Below are positions 9,867 to 25,677 of a stretch of 64,000 bases of DNA, in pieces. Location: contig OY970178.1 of NCBI GenBank assembly GCA_963707915.1, forward strand, positions 2,848,001 to 2,912,000. The letters run 5' to 3'. This DNA comes from Candidatus Eiseniibacteriota bacterium. Its GTDB lineage: Bacteria > Eisenbacteria > RBG-16-71-46. The translations under genes and the position numbers were made by a program. How positions within the stretch are numbered: position 1 is the stretch's first letter; each line of letters starts with the position of its first letter. The notes beneath the pieces were generated by a model. It saw nothing but the letters and a program-made list of their open reading frames with translations, was not told the DNA's origin and searched no databases.

Positions 9867-10004
9867 GGGAGCGCAGCATAGGCCGTCGCTCCCCGGCTGG
9901 CCAACCGCGGCGACCCGCCGCGCGATGCCGTCGGGCCGCGGCGCGCGGGCGCCGCGGGGACGCTGCGGGCATCCGCCGAATGCGTCGCGGGCGCTGCGGT
10001 TCGT

Positions 10005-10034
10005 TTGACCAAGGCCTGACGCATTGGCTAGATT
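10005..10034 (+). promoter_or_regulatory. Putative sigma70 promoter of the atp operon
   Basis: TTGACC (10005-10010), 18 nt spacer, TAGATT (10029-10034), upstream of the first atp gene. Confidence 0.45.
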
Positions 10035-10112
10035 GCCGTGTCCGGTCGGGTGCCCGTCGGTTCGACGGCCATCGCCGCGATCAGCGAGAGGGATCTCACC
10101 GGGGTCGGTTCG

Positions 10113-10370
10113 ATGGCCAAACCGCCGGAAGAGGACGCGTACGCCGCACTTCGCTCCTCCGGCCTATTGCTTGCCATACCCACCCTGCTGATCGTCTCCC
10201 CGCTCGCCGGATTCTTCCTCGGTGCCTGGCTGGACCGCTGGCTTCACACGGGTCCGTGGTTCGCAATCGTGGGCCTGGCGCTGGGTTTCGTGGCTGCCGG
10301 CCGCGAGACGTGGTTGATCTATCGCCGTACGCTCGAGGCCGACGAGCGCCAGAAGAAGAAGGAGAAGTGA
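10113..10370 (+). CDS. AtpZ/AtpI-family ATP synthase accessory protein
   Basis: Two TM helices with GFFLGAWLDRWLHTGPW; first gene of the atp operon. Confidence 0.85.
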   Translation: MAKPPEEDAYAALRSSGLLLAIPTLLIVSPLAGFFLGAWLDRWLHTGPWFAIVGLALGFVAAGRETWLIYRRTLEADERQKKKEK

Positions 10371-10397
10371 AGCGCCCCTGACCGGGCGCTCACCCTT

Positions 10398-11763
10398 ATG
10401 GGCCTCGAATTCCTCGCACGCGTCCGCAGCACCACCCTGTGGCTGGCCACCATCGCCGCCCTGATGGTGGCGAACTACGCCGGCTGGCGCACGGGCCTCG
10501 GCGTGGCGGCCGGCGCGGCATGGTCGCTCGCGAACCTCGCCGCACTCGAGCACCTGGTCGTGACCGTGACCGGCGCCGAGCGCCGGACCGCGCTCTCCGC
10601 GCGGCGCGCGGCCTGGACCCTCGCCGGCATGCTCGCGCTGCTCGGCGCCGGCTGGCTGCTGCTGAGGGCGCTGCCGCCCGCGGCGCTGGTGGCGGGCTTC
10701 CTCGGGCCCTTCGTGGTCATGGTGTTCAAGGCGGCCGCGGCGCTGCTGCTCGATTCGCCGCTGTGGGCGCGCCTGACCCGCTCGCCGTGGCGCGCGCTCG
10801 CGCTGGTGGCCGGGGTGGCGGTGCTGGCCTGGGCGGTGGCGGCCTCGCTGCCGTCGCTCGGCGGCGCCAGCCCGGCGCACGAGCCGCCGGCGCAGTCGGC
10901 GGCCGCCGCGGCCCCCGCGGCCCCCGCGGCCCACGAGGGCGGCGAAGCCGCGAAGCCGCCGGGCGGCGGCTCCGCCGGGCCGGAGAAGTTCGCCAACGTC
11001 GTCAGCGTGCTGGTGAGAGCCAACCCCGGGGCGGAGTGGTCCCACTGGCTGCACCGCTTCGAGCCGGTGCTGTTCTCCCTGTTCGTCGCGCTCGTGCTCT
11101 CGCTGGTCGCCTTCCTCGCCACGCGCGACAAGCGGATGAATCCCGGGGCCGCTCCAGAACGGGGTCGAGTACGTCGTCGAGCTGCTCTACGATTTCGTGG
11201 TCGGCATCCTCGGGCCGAAGTACGGCCCGCGTTACGTGCCCTACCTGGGCACGCTGTTCATCTACATCCTGGCGATGAACCTGTTCGGGCTCATCCCCTT
11301 CATGGATTCGCCCACCTCGAGCCTCAACGTCACCGTGGGGCTGGCGCTCTGCACCTTCCTGTACGTGCAGTACACCGGCATCCGCGAGCTCGGGGCGCTG
11401 GGCTACGTGGACCACATGGCGGGCAACCCGCGCTCCGCGATCTCGTGGTTCATGGTGCCCATCATGCTGCCCGTGCACCTGATCGGCGAGCTGGCCAAGC
11501 CGGTCTCGCTCTCCTGCCGACTCTTCGGCAACGTGTTCGGCGAGGACATGCTGCTGGTCGCCTTCACCTCGCTCGGCGTGGCGACGCTGTCGTTCGTGCA
11601 CTCGCCGGTCGGCATCCCGTGGCAGTTCCCGTTCCTGGTCCTGGCGTTGCTCACCAGCACCATCCAGGCGCTGGTCTTCACCGTGCTCAGCACGATCTAC
11701 CTGCTGCTCATGCTGCCTCACGAAGAACACGGGCACGAAGAGGCTGCCCAACCCGTCCACTGA
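10398..11763 (+). CDS. atpB: Fused AtpI-like domain plus F0 subunit a; one extra base at the G-run 11145-11148
   Basis: The frame from 10398 runs without a stop through an AtpI-like 4-TM domain into ATRDKRMNPG. After removing one G it continues PLQNGVEY...MNLFGLIP...SPTSSLN...SLSCRLFGNVFGED (essential Arg)...IQALVFTVLSTIY to the stop at 11763. Confidence 0.85.
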
Positions 11764-11779
11764 ATCCGGAGGAACGACC

Positions 11780-12013
11780 ATGCCTTACGCGTCCGCACTC
11801 AGCTTCGCCCTTCCGCTCGGCATCGCCATCGCCGCCATCGGCTCCGGCATCGGCCTCGGCATGATCGGCCAGGGTGCGATGCAGGCGATCGGCCGCCAGC
11901 CGGAGGCCGCCGCGAAGATCCAGCTCGCCATGATCATCATCGCCGGCCTGGCCGAGGCGCTCACGATCTACGCGTTCGTGACCATGTTCGTGCTGTCGGC
12001 CAAGATCGGCTGA
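11780..12013 (+). CDS. atpE: F0 subunit c
   Basis: GSGIGLG glycine motif, RQPE loop, conserved carboxylate in GLAEAL. Confidence 0.97.
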   Translation: MPYASALSFALPLGIAIAAIGSGIGLGMIGQGAMQAIGRQPEAAAKIQLAMIIIAGLAEALTIYAFVTMFVLSAKIG

Positions 12014-12045
12014 GAGACCACCGCGCGCGCGCCGAAGGAGCCCGC

Positions 12046-12618
12046 ATGACGACGTTCCGGACGACGCTGACGATCACGCTGCTCGCCGCCCTGCCGGCCG
12101 CTGCCCGGGCCGCGGAGGGGGGCGGGGCGAAGCCGCTGATCGACCTGCCGCTGGTCCTCACCCAGATCCTCGGCTTCGTGATCCTGCTGTGGGTGCTGCG
12201 CTCGCTCGCCTGGGGGCCGCTGGTCGGCCTGCTCGAGGAGCGCCGCCGGAGGATCGCCGGTGAGTTCGAGGAGGCGGAGCGCCGCAAGGCGGAAGCCGAC
12301 GTCCTCAAGGCCCGCTACGAGCAGGACCTGAAGGGGATCGAGGCCCAGGCCCGCCAGCGCATCCTGGAGGCGGTCGCCGAGGGCCAGCGGGTGGCGGCCG
12401 AGATCAAGACCCATGCCCACGCCGACGCCGCGGCCCGGCTGGTGCGCGCCGACGAGGAGATCGCCCACCAGCAGGAGACGGCCCGCGAGCTGCTCAAGCA
12501 GCAGGTGGCCGTGCTCTCGATCCGCACGGCGGAGAAGATCCTGCGCCAGAAGCTCGACGATCCCGCCCAGCGCCGGCTGGTCGAGAGCTTCATCGAAGAG
12601 GCGGACCTCCGCTCATGA
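12046..12618 (+). CDS. atpF: F0 subunit b with N-terminal signal-peptide-like extension
   Basis: QILGFVILLWVL...WGPL...LEERRRRI followed by a coiled coil; operon position. Confidence 0.92.
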   Translation: MTTFRTTLTITLLAALPAAARAAEGGGAKPLIDLPLVLTQILGFVILLWVLRSLAWGPLVGLLEERRRRIAGEFEEAERRKAEADVLKARYEQDLKGIEAQARQRILEAVAEGQRVAAEIKTHAHADAAARLVRADEEIAHQQETARELLKQQVAVLSIRTAEKILRQKLDDPAQRRLVESFIEEADLRS

Positions 12619-13172
12619 GACAGGACGCCCTCGCCGCCGAGCGCTACGCCCGCGCCCTGTTCATGGTCGCGGAGCGCCGCGGCGAGATCTTCGAGGCGCT
12701 CGAGGACCTCAAGCGCCTGCTCGCGATGGTCCGCGAGGACCCGCGCCTGGGCGGATACCTGCGCTCGCCGCAGGTGGCGCTCGAGCGCAAGCGCACCCTG
12801 CTGCGCTCGGCGCTGGCGGAGCGCGTGCTGCTGCCGGTGGCGAGCTTCATGGACCTGCTGCTGCGCAAGAAGCGGATGGGCCTGTTCCCCGCGACGGTGG
12901 ACGAGTACGAGAAGCAGGTGCGCGCCTGGCAGGGCCTGCAGGAGGCCGAGGCGGTGAGCGCCGTGCCGCTCACCGAGGACGAGGTGAAGCGCCTGCACGC
13001 CCGCCTCGAGAGCAGCACCGGGCTCACCATCGAGCTCAAGACGCGCGTGGATCCGGGCCTGCTCGGCGGCCTCACCGTGCGCATCGGCGATCGCGTCATG
13101 GACCGTTCCGTGAAGGGCCTGCTCCGGTCGCTGCAGGAGCGGCTCTGCGAGGTCAGCCTCCACACCCACTAG
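12615..13172 (+). CDS. atpH: F1 subunit delta
   Basis: AERYARALF and VDPGLLGG...[11 protein letters not shown] motifs. Confidence 0.95.
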   Translation: MRQDALAAERYARALFMVAERRGEIFEALEDLKRLLAMVREDPRLGGYLRSPQVALERKRTLLRSALAERVLLPVASFMDLLLRKKRMGLFPATVDEYEKQVRAWQGLQEAEAVSAVPLTEDEVKRLHARLESSTGLTIELKTRVDPGLLGGLTVRIGDRVMDRSVKGLLRSLQERLCEVSLHTH

Positions 13173-13212
13173 CAGGAAGACGTCCCTCCACCATCCATCG
13201 GGGTTCGCACCC

Positions 13213-14721
<1,509 letters not shown>

Positions 14722-14724
14722 GCC

Positions 14725-17054
<2,330 letters not shown>

Positions 17055-17059
17055 TGAAC

Positions 17060-17347
17060 ATGGCGGCGGCCCAGTTCGAGCTTTCGGTCCTCACCCCCGA
17101 GCGGGCGGTGTTCGAGGGCAGGGTCGAGTACGTGCAGGTGCCCGGCACCGAGGGCTACCTGGGCGTGCTGGCCGGTCACGCGGCGCTGGTGACCGAGCTG
17201 GCCGCGGGCACGCTGACCGTGCGCAAGCCGGGCGGCGACGAGGTCCGGTGGCAGGTGAGCGGCGGCTTCTTCGACGTCGCCGCGGACCGGGCCACCGTGC
17301 TGGCCGACGCGGTGAGCGCGGACGAGCCGGAGGCGGCGCAGGACTGA
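17060..17347 (+). CDS. atpC: F1 subunit epsilon, short form (beta-sandwich only)
   Basis: LSVLTPER, PGTEGYLGVLAGHA and VSGGF...TVLAD motifs; ends at 95 aa. Confidence 0.93.
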   Translation: MAAAQFELSVLTPERAVFEGRVEYVQVPGTEGYLGVLAGHAALVTELAAGTLTVRKPGGDEVRWQVSGGFFDVAADRATVLADAVSADEPEAAQD

Positions 17348-17387
17348 AGCGCCGGCCGGTCCGCGGCGCCGGGCCTTCGACCGTCCG

Positions 17388-18041
17388 TCAGCTCCCGCCG
17401 AAGGGGAACTCCAGGCCCAGCATCGCGTAGATCGCGCGGTTCTTCACCTCACCGCCGAACGGCAGGTCCGAGATGTCCGTCAGCCCGAACGTGTAGCGGC
17501 CCTCGCCGACCACCCGGAGCCCGTCGAGCCGGACGGCCAAGGCCCCACCCACCGCGAAGCCGAAGTCGGTCGTCTTGACCACGTCCGTGCCCTGCGAGAA
17601 GTCGACCAGGCCGCTGACGCTCAGCTTCTCGCTCGACTTCATCGAGACCACCGGGCCGGCGAGCAGGCGCAGCCCCAGCGGGTCCGGCGTCGGCAGCGAC
17701 AGCCGCAGGAGCAGCGGGATCTCGACGTAGTCCACGTCGAGCGTGCTGGCCACCTCGCCGATGTGGATGGGGCCGATGGAGACGTCGCTGCTGAACAGCT
17801 TGGCCCCCTTGCGGACGAACAGCAGCTCCGGCTGGATGCCGAGCATCGGCGCCACGTCGAACGAGGCGTAGACGCCGCCCACGAACCCGGTGCGGTTGTC
17901 GGTGTTCAGCGGGTCCGCCTGCACCTGCGACAGGCTGAGGCCACCCTTCACGCCGAGAGCCATGCCGGCCTGCGCTGACGTCGGGGCGAGCAGGGCAAGC
18001 GCCAGGGCCATGACCGTGATGCCGGGGAGGGAGCGCTTCAT
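17388..18041 (-). CDS. Outer-membrane beta-barrel, porin/PorT-like family
   Basis: Signal peptide MKRSLPG...AQA; GVKGGL, IQPELLFVRKG, DYVEIPLLL and EGRYTFGL motifs; GGAGG-like RBS region. Confidence 0.8.
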   Translation of the reverse strand: MKRSLPGITVMALALALLAPTSAQAGMALGVKGGLSLSQVQADPLNTDNRTGFVGGVYASFDVAPMLGIQPELLFVRKGAKLFSSDVSIGPIHIGEVASTLDVDYVEIPLLLRLSLPTPDPLGLRLLAGPVVSMKSSEKLSVSGLVDFSQGTDVVKTTDFGFAVGGALAVRLDGLRVVGEGRYTFGLTDISDLPFGGEVKNRAIYAMLGLEFPFGGS

Positions 18042-18280
18042 GGAGGACCTCCGTGGGGTGGATCGCGTGACACTGTCCGGGCGGCCATGGTGACTCCGCC
18101 GGGGGGGGCGTTGCGGGGAATCTACCGCATTGGATTGCGTCCGGCGCGATCGGGTGCAGGGACGGATCGCGTTTGCGGAGTCCACGGCCGGGTCCGCTCG
18201 AGAAAGCCCGCACCACCCGCCACCGTGGCTCATCGACAGGGGCAAGCGCCGCGCGCTGTCGACCTTCGCAGAGGAGCACG

Positions 18281-18601
18281 ATGACCATGCGCACCCTCAT
18301 GAAGATCTCCATGCCCGTCGGATCGGGCGCCCCGAACGTCAAGGACGGAACGATCGGGCGCATCCTCGGTGAGACGACGAACCGCCTCCATCCCGAGGCG
18401 GCCTACTTCTACCCCGAGCACGGTCACCGCACCGCCATCATGGTGTTCGACCTGAAGAACCCCTCCGAGCTGCCGATCATCACCGAGCCGTTGTTCACCG
18501 AGCTCAACGCCACGGTGGAGATGTACCCGGTGATGAACGCCGATGACCTGAAGAAGGGCCTGGGGGCCTACATGGACCAGAACGCGGCGTTGCATCGCTG
18601 A
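18281..18601 (+). CDS. Small conserved hypothetical protein (DUF3303/GYD-like)
   Basis: GAGGAG RBS; PEAAYF..EHGHRTA.MVFD...EPLF..LNA.VE..PVM..DDL pattern. Confidence 0.65.
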   Translation: MTMRTLMKISMPVGSGAPNVKDGTIGRILGETTNRLHPEAAYFYPEHGHRTAIMVFDLKNPSELPIITEPLFTELNATVEMYPVMNADDLKKGLGAYMDQNAALHR

Positions 18602-18693
18602 GCGCCCGCCGCCCGCGTCACTGGAGCGCGACGGGCCCGCGGTCCGCCGGGGGACTCCCGGTGGCTTCGAGAGGGTCGAGCGGGGCGATGTCC

Positions 18694-19600
18694 TCAGCGT
18701 CCCGCCCGGCCCTCTTCCAGTTCCTCGAGCGTGCGCGGCCAGTCGTCCTTGAGCAGCCGGGAGAGCGCCCGGTCGGCGAGCAGGCGGCCCCCGGTCTGGC
18801 AACGCGCGCAGTAGTTCGTCTCGTTCTCCGCGTAGACCACCCGCTGCACCGGCGCGCCGCAGTCGGGGCAGGGCTTGCGCCAGCGGCCGTGGACGGCCAT
18901 GCCTTCGCGGAACGCGGTCACCTTCTCCGGGAACTCCTCGCCGCTCTCCGCACGCAGCCGCGCGGTCCACTCCGTCCAGCACCGCCCGGGTCGCCGCGAA
19001 CAGCCGCTCGCCCTCCGCCTCGTCGAGCTGTGACGTGCGGCGCGAGCGGCGAGAGGCGCGCGCGGTGGAGGATCTCGTCCGAGTAGGCGTTGCCGATGCC
19101 GCTGAAGAGCCGCGGGTCGGTGAGCGCGCGCTTGAGCGTGTGGTCCTCGCGCAGGAGCGCGGCGCGGAACGCCGGCGAGGTCCGCGCTCCAGCACCTCGA
19201 GCCCGCCGGGGTCGAGCGCCTGCAGCGCCGCGGCCCCGGCGACCAGGTGCAGGGCGGCGCGCTGGCGGGTGCTGGCCTCGGTGAGGAGCAGCGTGCCGGT
19301 CGAGAAGTCGAGCGCGGCGAGCCCGATGCGGCCCGGGAGCTTCGCGCCCGCCTCCCGCCAGCGCAGGCGCCCCGCGATCATCAGGTGCAGCACCAGCGCG
19401 AGCTCGCCCTCGAGCGCGAAGACGATGCGCTTGCCCATGCGGCGCACGCCGGTGACGCGGCAGCCCTGCGCCGACTCGAGCGGCGGCACGGCGGTGCGCA
19501 GCAGGTTCGGGCTGCGCACGCGGGCGCCGGCGAAGGTCGCGCCCGCGAGGCGGCGCTCGAGGTGCTCCACGGTGACCGTGATGTCGGGCAGTTCGGGCAC
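18694..19600 (-). CDS. Fpg/Nei-family DNA glycosylase/AP lyase, interrupted by several frameshifts (assembly error or pseudogene)
   Basis: N-terminal PELPD, GKR, HLMIAG; H2[15 protein letters not shown]4 zinc finger CPDC...CARCQ. Pieces lie in three frames with breaks near 19170-19186, 19040 and 18976. Confidence 0.85.
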
Positions 19601-19705
19601 GACCGGAGGATAGCGCAGGCCTGCGCGCCGCCGTAGTTCGTCGTATGATGGCCGCCAGCCGAGCGGGCCGTCCGGCCCGCCTCGCCTTCCACTCGCGGGG
19701 ACCGC

Positions 19706-19906
19706 ATGCGAGCCGTGCCCGAGCCGCCCGAGGAAACCATCGTCGCCCTGGCCCGTGCGCGCGGGCTGGCGCTCGACGCGGCGCGCGCCGCGGAACTGCG
19801 GGCGCCGCTCGAGAGCCTGCTCGGCCGCCTCGCGCGCATCGGCGCGGCGCTGCCGCGCGCCGCCGAGCCGCCGCCGTCCGGCCTGCCCGGGGACCCCCTG
19901 CCGTGA
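19706..19906 (+). CDS. Small helical protein, GatC/AtzG (DUF4089)-like putative amidase partner
   Basis: 66 aa, [10 protein letters not shown]...EP pattern; its stop overlaps the amidase GTG (GTGA). Confidence 0.5.
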   Translation: MRAVPEPPEETIVALARARGLALDAARAAELRAPLESLLGRLARIGAALPRAAEPPPSGLPGDPLP

Positions 19907-21345
19907 GCGACGACGCGCTTTGCTTCCTGGGTGGTGCGGAGCTGGGGCGCCGCATCGCGCGGCGCGAGGTCTCGCCGGTCGAGGTGGCGCGCGCCCACCT
20001 GGCACGCATCGAGCGCCTGGAACCGAAGCTCAACGCGTTCCTGGCGGTGACCGCGGACCGCGCGCTGGCCGCGGCGGCCGCGGCGGAGCGCGAGCTCGCC
20101 GCGGGCGCGGGCCGCGGCCCGCTGCACGGCGTGCCGATGGCGCTCAAGGACCTCTTCGACACCGCGGGCGTGGTCACCACGGCGGGCTCGAGGATCCTGG
20201 CGGCGAACGTGCCGGCCCGCGACGCCGCGGCGGTCGAGCGCCTGCGCGCGGCCGGGCTCGTGCTGCTCGGCAAGACGAACATGCACGAGTTCGCCTACGG
20301 CACCACGACCAACAACCCGCACTACGGCCCCTGCCGCAACCCCTGGGACCTCGAGCGCAGCCCCGGCGGATCGAGCGGCGGCAGCGGCGCCGCGCTCGCG
20401 GCCGGGATGTGCCCGCTCTCGCTCGGCACCGACACCGGCGGCTCGATCCGCATCCCGGCGAGCGCCTGTGGCGTGGCGGGGCTCAAGCCCACGTTCGGGC
20501 GTGTGAGCCGGCGCGGCGTCGTGCCGCTGGCCTGGTCGTTCGACACCGTGGGGCCGATGGCGCGCACGGTCGAGGACCTGGCGCTGCTGATGAACGCCGT
20601 GGCCGGGCCGGACCCGGAGGACGAGTGGTGCGCCGCGCGCGCGCCGGAGGACTTCGCGCGCGAGCTCGAGGACGGCGCGCGCGGCCTCACGCTCGGCGTG
20701 CCGCGCGAATGGTTCTTCGAGGACGTGGAGCCCGGCATCGCAGCGCGGGTGCGCGAAGCCATCGCCGTGCTGGAGCGCGAGGGCGCGCGCCTGGTGGACG
20801 TTGCGCTGCCGGGGATGGCCGACGCGCACACCGCGCACCACGCGATCCTCGCGGCCGAGGCCTCGGCGTTCCACGGCCCGTGGCTGCGCGAGCGCCCGCA
20901 GGACTACGGCGAGGCGATGCGCGCGGGCCTCGAGCTCGGCGAGCTGCTGCCGGCGGTGGACTACGTCAACGCGCGGCGGCTGCAGGCGATCGTGCGCGCC
21001 ATGTTCCGGGCGGCGCTCGCGCGCGTGGACGCGCTGGTCGCGCCGAGCCTGCCGCACGGGCCGCTGCGCATCGGCGAGGCGATGTCGCGCGAGCCGGCGG
21101 TGGCGTGGAACCGCCTGCTCACGCCCGTCAACGTGGCGGGCTACCCGGCGGCCTCGGCGCCCTGCGGCTTCGACGAGGCCGGGATGCCGGTGGGCCTGCA
21201 GATCGTCGGACGGCCGTTCGAGGAGGCGCGCGTGCTGCGCGTGGCGCGGGCCTACGAGCGGGCGACCGAGTGGGGGACCCGGCGGCCGCCGCTCGGAGGC
21301 GGTGCGTGCCGGGCGTCCGAGGACTCCGGGAGGAGAGCGGGATGA
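19903..21345 (+). CDS. Amidase-signature family amidase (GatA/AtzE-like)
   Basis: [12 protein letters not shown] (Lys), GGSSGGS and [12 protein letters not shown] (Ser-cisSer-Lys triad). Confidence 0.92.
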   Translation: MSDDALCFLGGAELGRRIARREVSPVEVARAHLARIERLEPKLNAFLAVTADRALAAAAAAERELAAGAGRGPLHGVPMALKDLFDTAGVVTTAGSRILAANVPARDAAAVERLRAAGLVLLGKTNMHEFAYGTTTNNPHYGPCRNPWDLERSPGGSSGGSGAALAAGMCPLSLGTDTGGSIRIPASACGVAGLKPTFGRVSRRGVVPLAWSFDTVGPMARTVEDLALLMNAVAGPDPEDEWCAARAPEDFARELEDGARGLTLGVPREWFFEDVEPGIAARVREAIAVLEREGARLVDVALPGMADAHTAHHAILAAEASAFHGPWLRERPQDYGEAMRAGLELGELLPAVDYVNARRLQAIVRAMFRAALARVDALVAPSLPHGPLRIGEAMSREPAVAWNRLLTPVNVAGYPAASAPCGFDEAGMPVGLQIVGRPFEEARVLRVARAYERATEWGTRRPPLGGGACRASEDSGRRAG

Positions 21346-21686
21346 AGGAACACGAGTGGGTGCGGGCGTTCCCCGGTGCCGTCACGGTGTGCGACCGGGA
21401 GGGCGTCATCCTGGAGATGAACGAGCGTTCGGTCGCGGTCTTCGCGGACGACGGCGGCGCGGCATTGATCGGCACGAACGTCCTCGACTGCCATCCCGAG
21501 CCGGCGCGCGCCACGCTCGCCGGGCTGCTCGCCACCGGGAGGACGAACGTCTACACCATCGAGAAGGCCGGCGTGAAGAAGTTGATCTACCAGGCACCGT
21601 GGTACCGTGAAGGCGAGTATGCCGGGTTCGTGGAATTGTCGCTGGAGATCCCGTTCGAGATGCCGCACTTCGTCCGCGGCGCGTGA
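21342..21686 (+). CDS. Stand-alone PAS-domain protein
   Basis: VTVCDREGVILEMN...LIGTNVLDCHP motif; ATGA overlap with the amidase. Confidence 0.75.
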   Translation: MKEHEWVRAFPGAVTVCDREGVILEMNERSVAVFADDGGAALIGTNVLDCHPEPARATLAGLLATGRTNVYTIEKAGVKKLIYQAPWYREGEYAGFVELSLEIPFEMPHFVRGA

Positions 21687-21749
21687 AGGACGCCGATCCC
21701 GCCCGCACCGCGGGGCGGGGCCGCGACGGAGCCACCGCAGGAGGGACGC

Positions 21750-21932
21750 ATGGGTGACAACGATCACAAGTGCCACTGCCACCATTCGCGCGGCGGCGAG
21801 CTCGCCGGCCCGCTCTGGATCTGGGCCTGGCTGTTCACCATCGGCTTCCTCAAGCTGACGCTCGTGAAGGGCATCTACGCGCTGCTGCTCTGGCCCTACT
21901 ACCTGGGGGTGCACTTCCGCCCGCCGCAGTGA
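21750..21932 (+). CDS. Small membrane protein (60 aa)
   Basis: GGAG RBS; hydrophobic WLFTIGFLKL...ALLLWPYYLG; His/Cys-rich N-terminus. Confidence 0.65.
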   Translation: MGDNDHKCHCHHSRGGELAGPLWIWAWLFTIGFLKLTLVKGIYALLLWPYYLGVHFRPPQ

Positions 21933-21957
21933 TCACGAGCCGCGCGCCCCGAACGAA

Positions 21958-21990
21958 GACCGCCCGGCGGGTCGGCCCCGCCGGGCGGTC
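21958..21990. terminator. Perfect 14-bp hairpin between convergent genes
   Basis: GACCGCCCGGCGGG-tcggc-CCCGCCGGGCGGTC; short T-rich tail on the minus strand. Confidence 0.7.
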
Positions 21991-22014
21991 GCGTCTCCCG
22001 CGCGGGAGCGCGGC

Positions 22015-23241
22015 TCAGCCCTGTGCCGCCCCAACGGTCACCCGACCCGGGTACGCCGCCAGCGCGGCCCCCAGGCACCGCATCGCGCGGCGCAGCTTGG
22101 GCACCTCCAGCACGTAGGCGATGCGCACCTCGTCCCGGCCCAGGCCGGGCGTGGCGTAGAAGCCGTCGGCGGGCGCGACCATCACGGTCTCGCCGTCCAG
22201 CGCGAAGTCCCGGAGCAGCCACTCGGCGAACGCGCTGGCGTCGTCCACCGGCAGCCGCGCGCAGAGGTAGAACGCCCCCTCGGGCCTGCGCACCAGCACG
22301 CCGGGGATGGCGGTGAGCGACTCGAACACCACGTCGCGGCGCTTCCGGTACTCGGCGATCACGCCCGCGATGTAGGAGGCGGGCACCGCGGTGAGCGCGG
22401 TGCAGGCGAACTGCTCGACCGTTGGCGGGCACAGGCGCGCCTGGCCGAAGCGCATGATCGCCGCCATGAACTCGCGGTTGCGGCTGACGATGTTGCCGAT
22501 GCGCGCGCCGCACATCGAGTAGCGCTTGGAGACCGAGTCCACCACCACGACCTGCTGCTCCATCCCCGCGAGCGTGAGCACCGAGCGGTGCTCGTGGCCC
22601 TCGTAGACGAACTCGCGGTAGACCTCGTCGGCGATCAGCACCAGGCCGCGCTCGCGGCAGATCGCGGCCAGCAGGTCGATCTCGGCGTCGGTGTAGACCG
22701 TGCCGGTCGGGTTGTTGGGCGAGCAGATGAGCATGGCGCGCGTGCGCGGTCCGATCTTCGCCTCGATCTCGGCGCGCGGCGGCAGGTGGTAGCCGTCCTC
22801 CGGCCGGGTCGTCACCGGCACCAGCTCCACGCCGATCATGGCGGCGAAGCCGTTGTAGTTGGTGTAGAAGGGCTCGAAGACGATCGCCTCGTCCCCGGGG
22901 TCGCACAGCGCGCCGAGCGTGAACAGGATGGCCTCGCTGCCGGCGGTGGTGACGAAGATCTCCTCGGCCGCGAGCGGGACGCCGAGGCCGGCGTAGTACG
23001 AGCGCAGCGCCTCGATGAACTCCGGCAGCCCCTGCGACGGTCCGTAGGGGACGTTGGCGTCGGCGTAGGAGCGCAGGCGATCGAGGATGGCCGGCGGCGT
23101 GGGGATGTCGGGCTGCCCGATGTTGAGCGGGTAGACCGTCTTGCCGGCCTTGCGGGCCTGGACGGCGAAGGGGGCCAGCCGCCGGATCGGCGAGGCCGGC
23201 ATCTGCTGCGCGCGCCTGGACAACCGTGCTGCGCTGGACAT
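22015..23241 (-). CDS. PLP-dependent aminotransferase class I/II (aspartate aminotransferase-like)
   Basis: LNIGQPD, SPNNPTG, DEVYREF and DSVSKRYSMCGARIG (PLP Lys). Confidence 0.92.
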   Translation of the reverse strand: MSSAARLSRRAQQMPASPIRRLAPFAVQARKAGKTVYPLNIGQPDIPTPPAILDRLRSYADANVPYGPSQGLPEFIEALRSYYAGLGVPLAAEEIFVTTAGSEAILFTLGALCDPGDEAIVFEPFYTNYNGFAAMIGVELVPVTTRPEDGYHLPPRAEIEAKIGPRTRAMLICSPNNPTGTVYTDAEIDLLAAICRERGLVLIADEVYREFVYEGHEHRSVLTLAGMEQQVVVVDSVSKRYSMCGARIGNIVSRNREFMAAIMRFGQARLCPPTVEQFACTALTAVPASYIAGVIAEYRKRRDVVFESLTAIPGVLVRRPEGAFYLCARLPVDDASAFAEWLLRDFALDGETVMVAPADGFYATPGLGRDEVRIAYVLEVPKLRRAMRCLGAALAAYPGRVTVGAAQG

Positions 23242-23433
23242 CGGATCCTCCCTGGGAGCGGTCCGCGACGCACGTCCCCGACGGGGCGGGTGCGGCACCC
23301 GGACGAAGCGGACCGGAGCACGGGGAGTCTAGCCCACAAAAGGCTCGCGCTGCGAGTCGCGTCACGGTACTCTCCGGCCCCGGTTCGTGGCCCGGCCGCA
23401 GGCGGTGGTACATCGGAGCAGGCAGCCCGGAGG

Positions 23434-25575
<2,142 letters not shown>

Positions 25576-25600
25576 GCCGAAGGAGCCGGCCCGAACACCA

Positions 25601-25638
25601 CGATGGAGCGGCGCGCCGAGGCGCGGGCCGCTCCATCG
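25601..25638. terminator. Hairpin between convergent speA and M32 genes
   Basis: CGATGGAGCGGC...GCCGCTCCATCG inverted repeat. Confidence 0.55.
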
Positions 25639-25677
25639 CCCGGCCGGCGCGGCGCGCGCATCGACCGCGGCCGGCGG

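Noticed and set aside
11141..11150. Programmed frameshift at CCCGGGG in atpB, and similar recoding in atpD
   Set aside because: The same single-base insertion pattern occurs in unrelated genes without a shared slippery motif; sequencing error is simpler.
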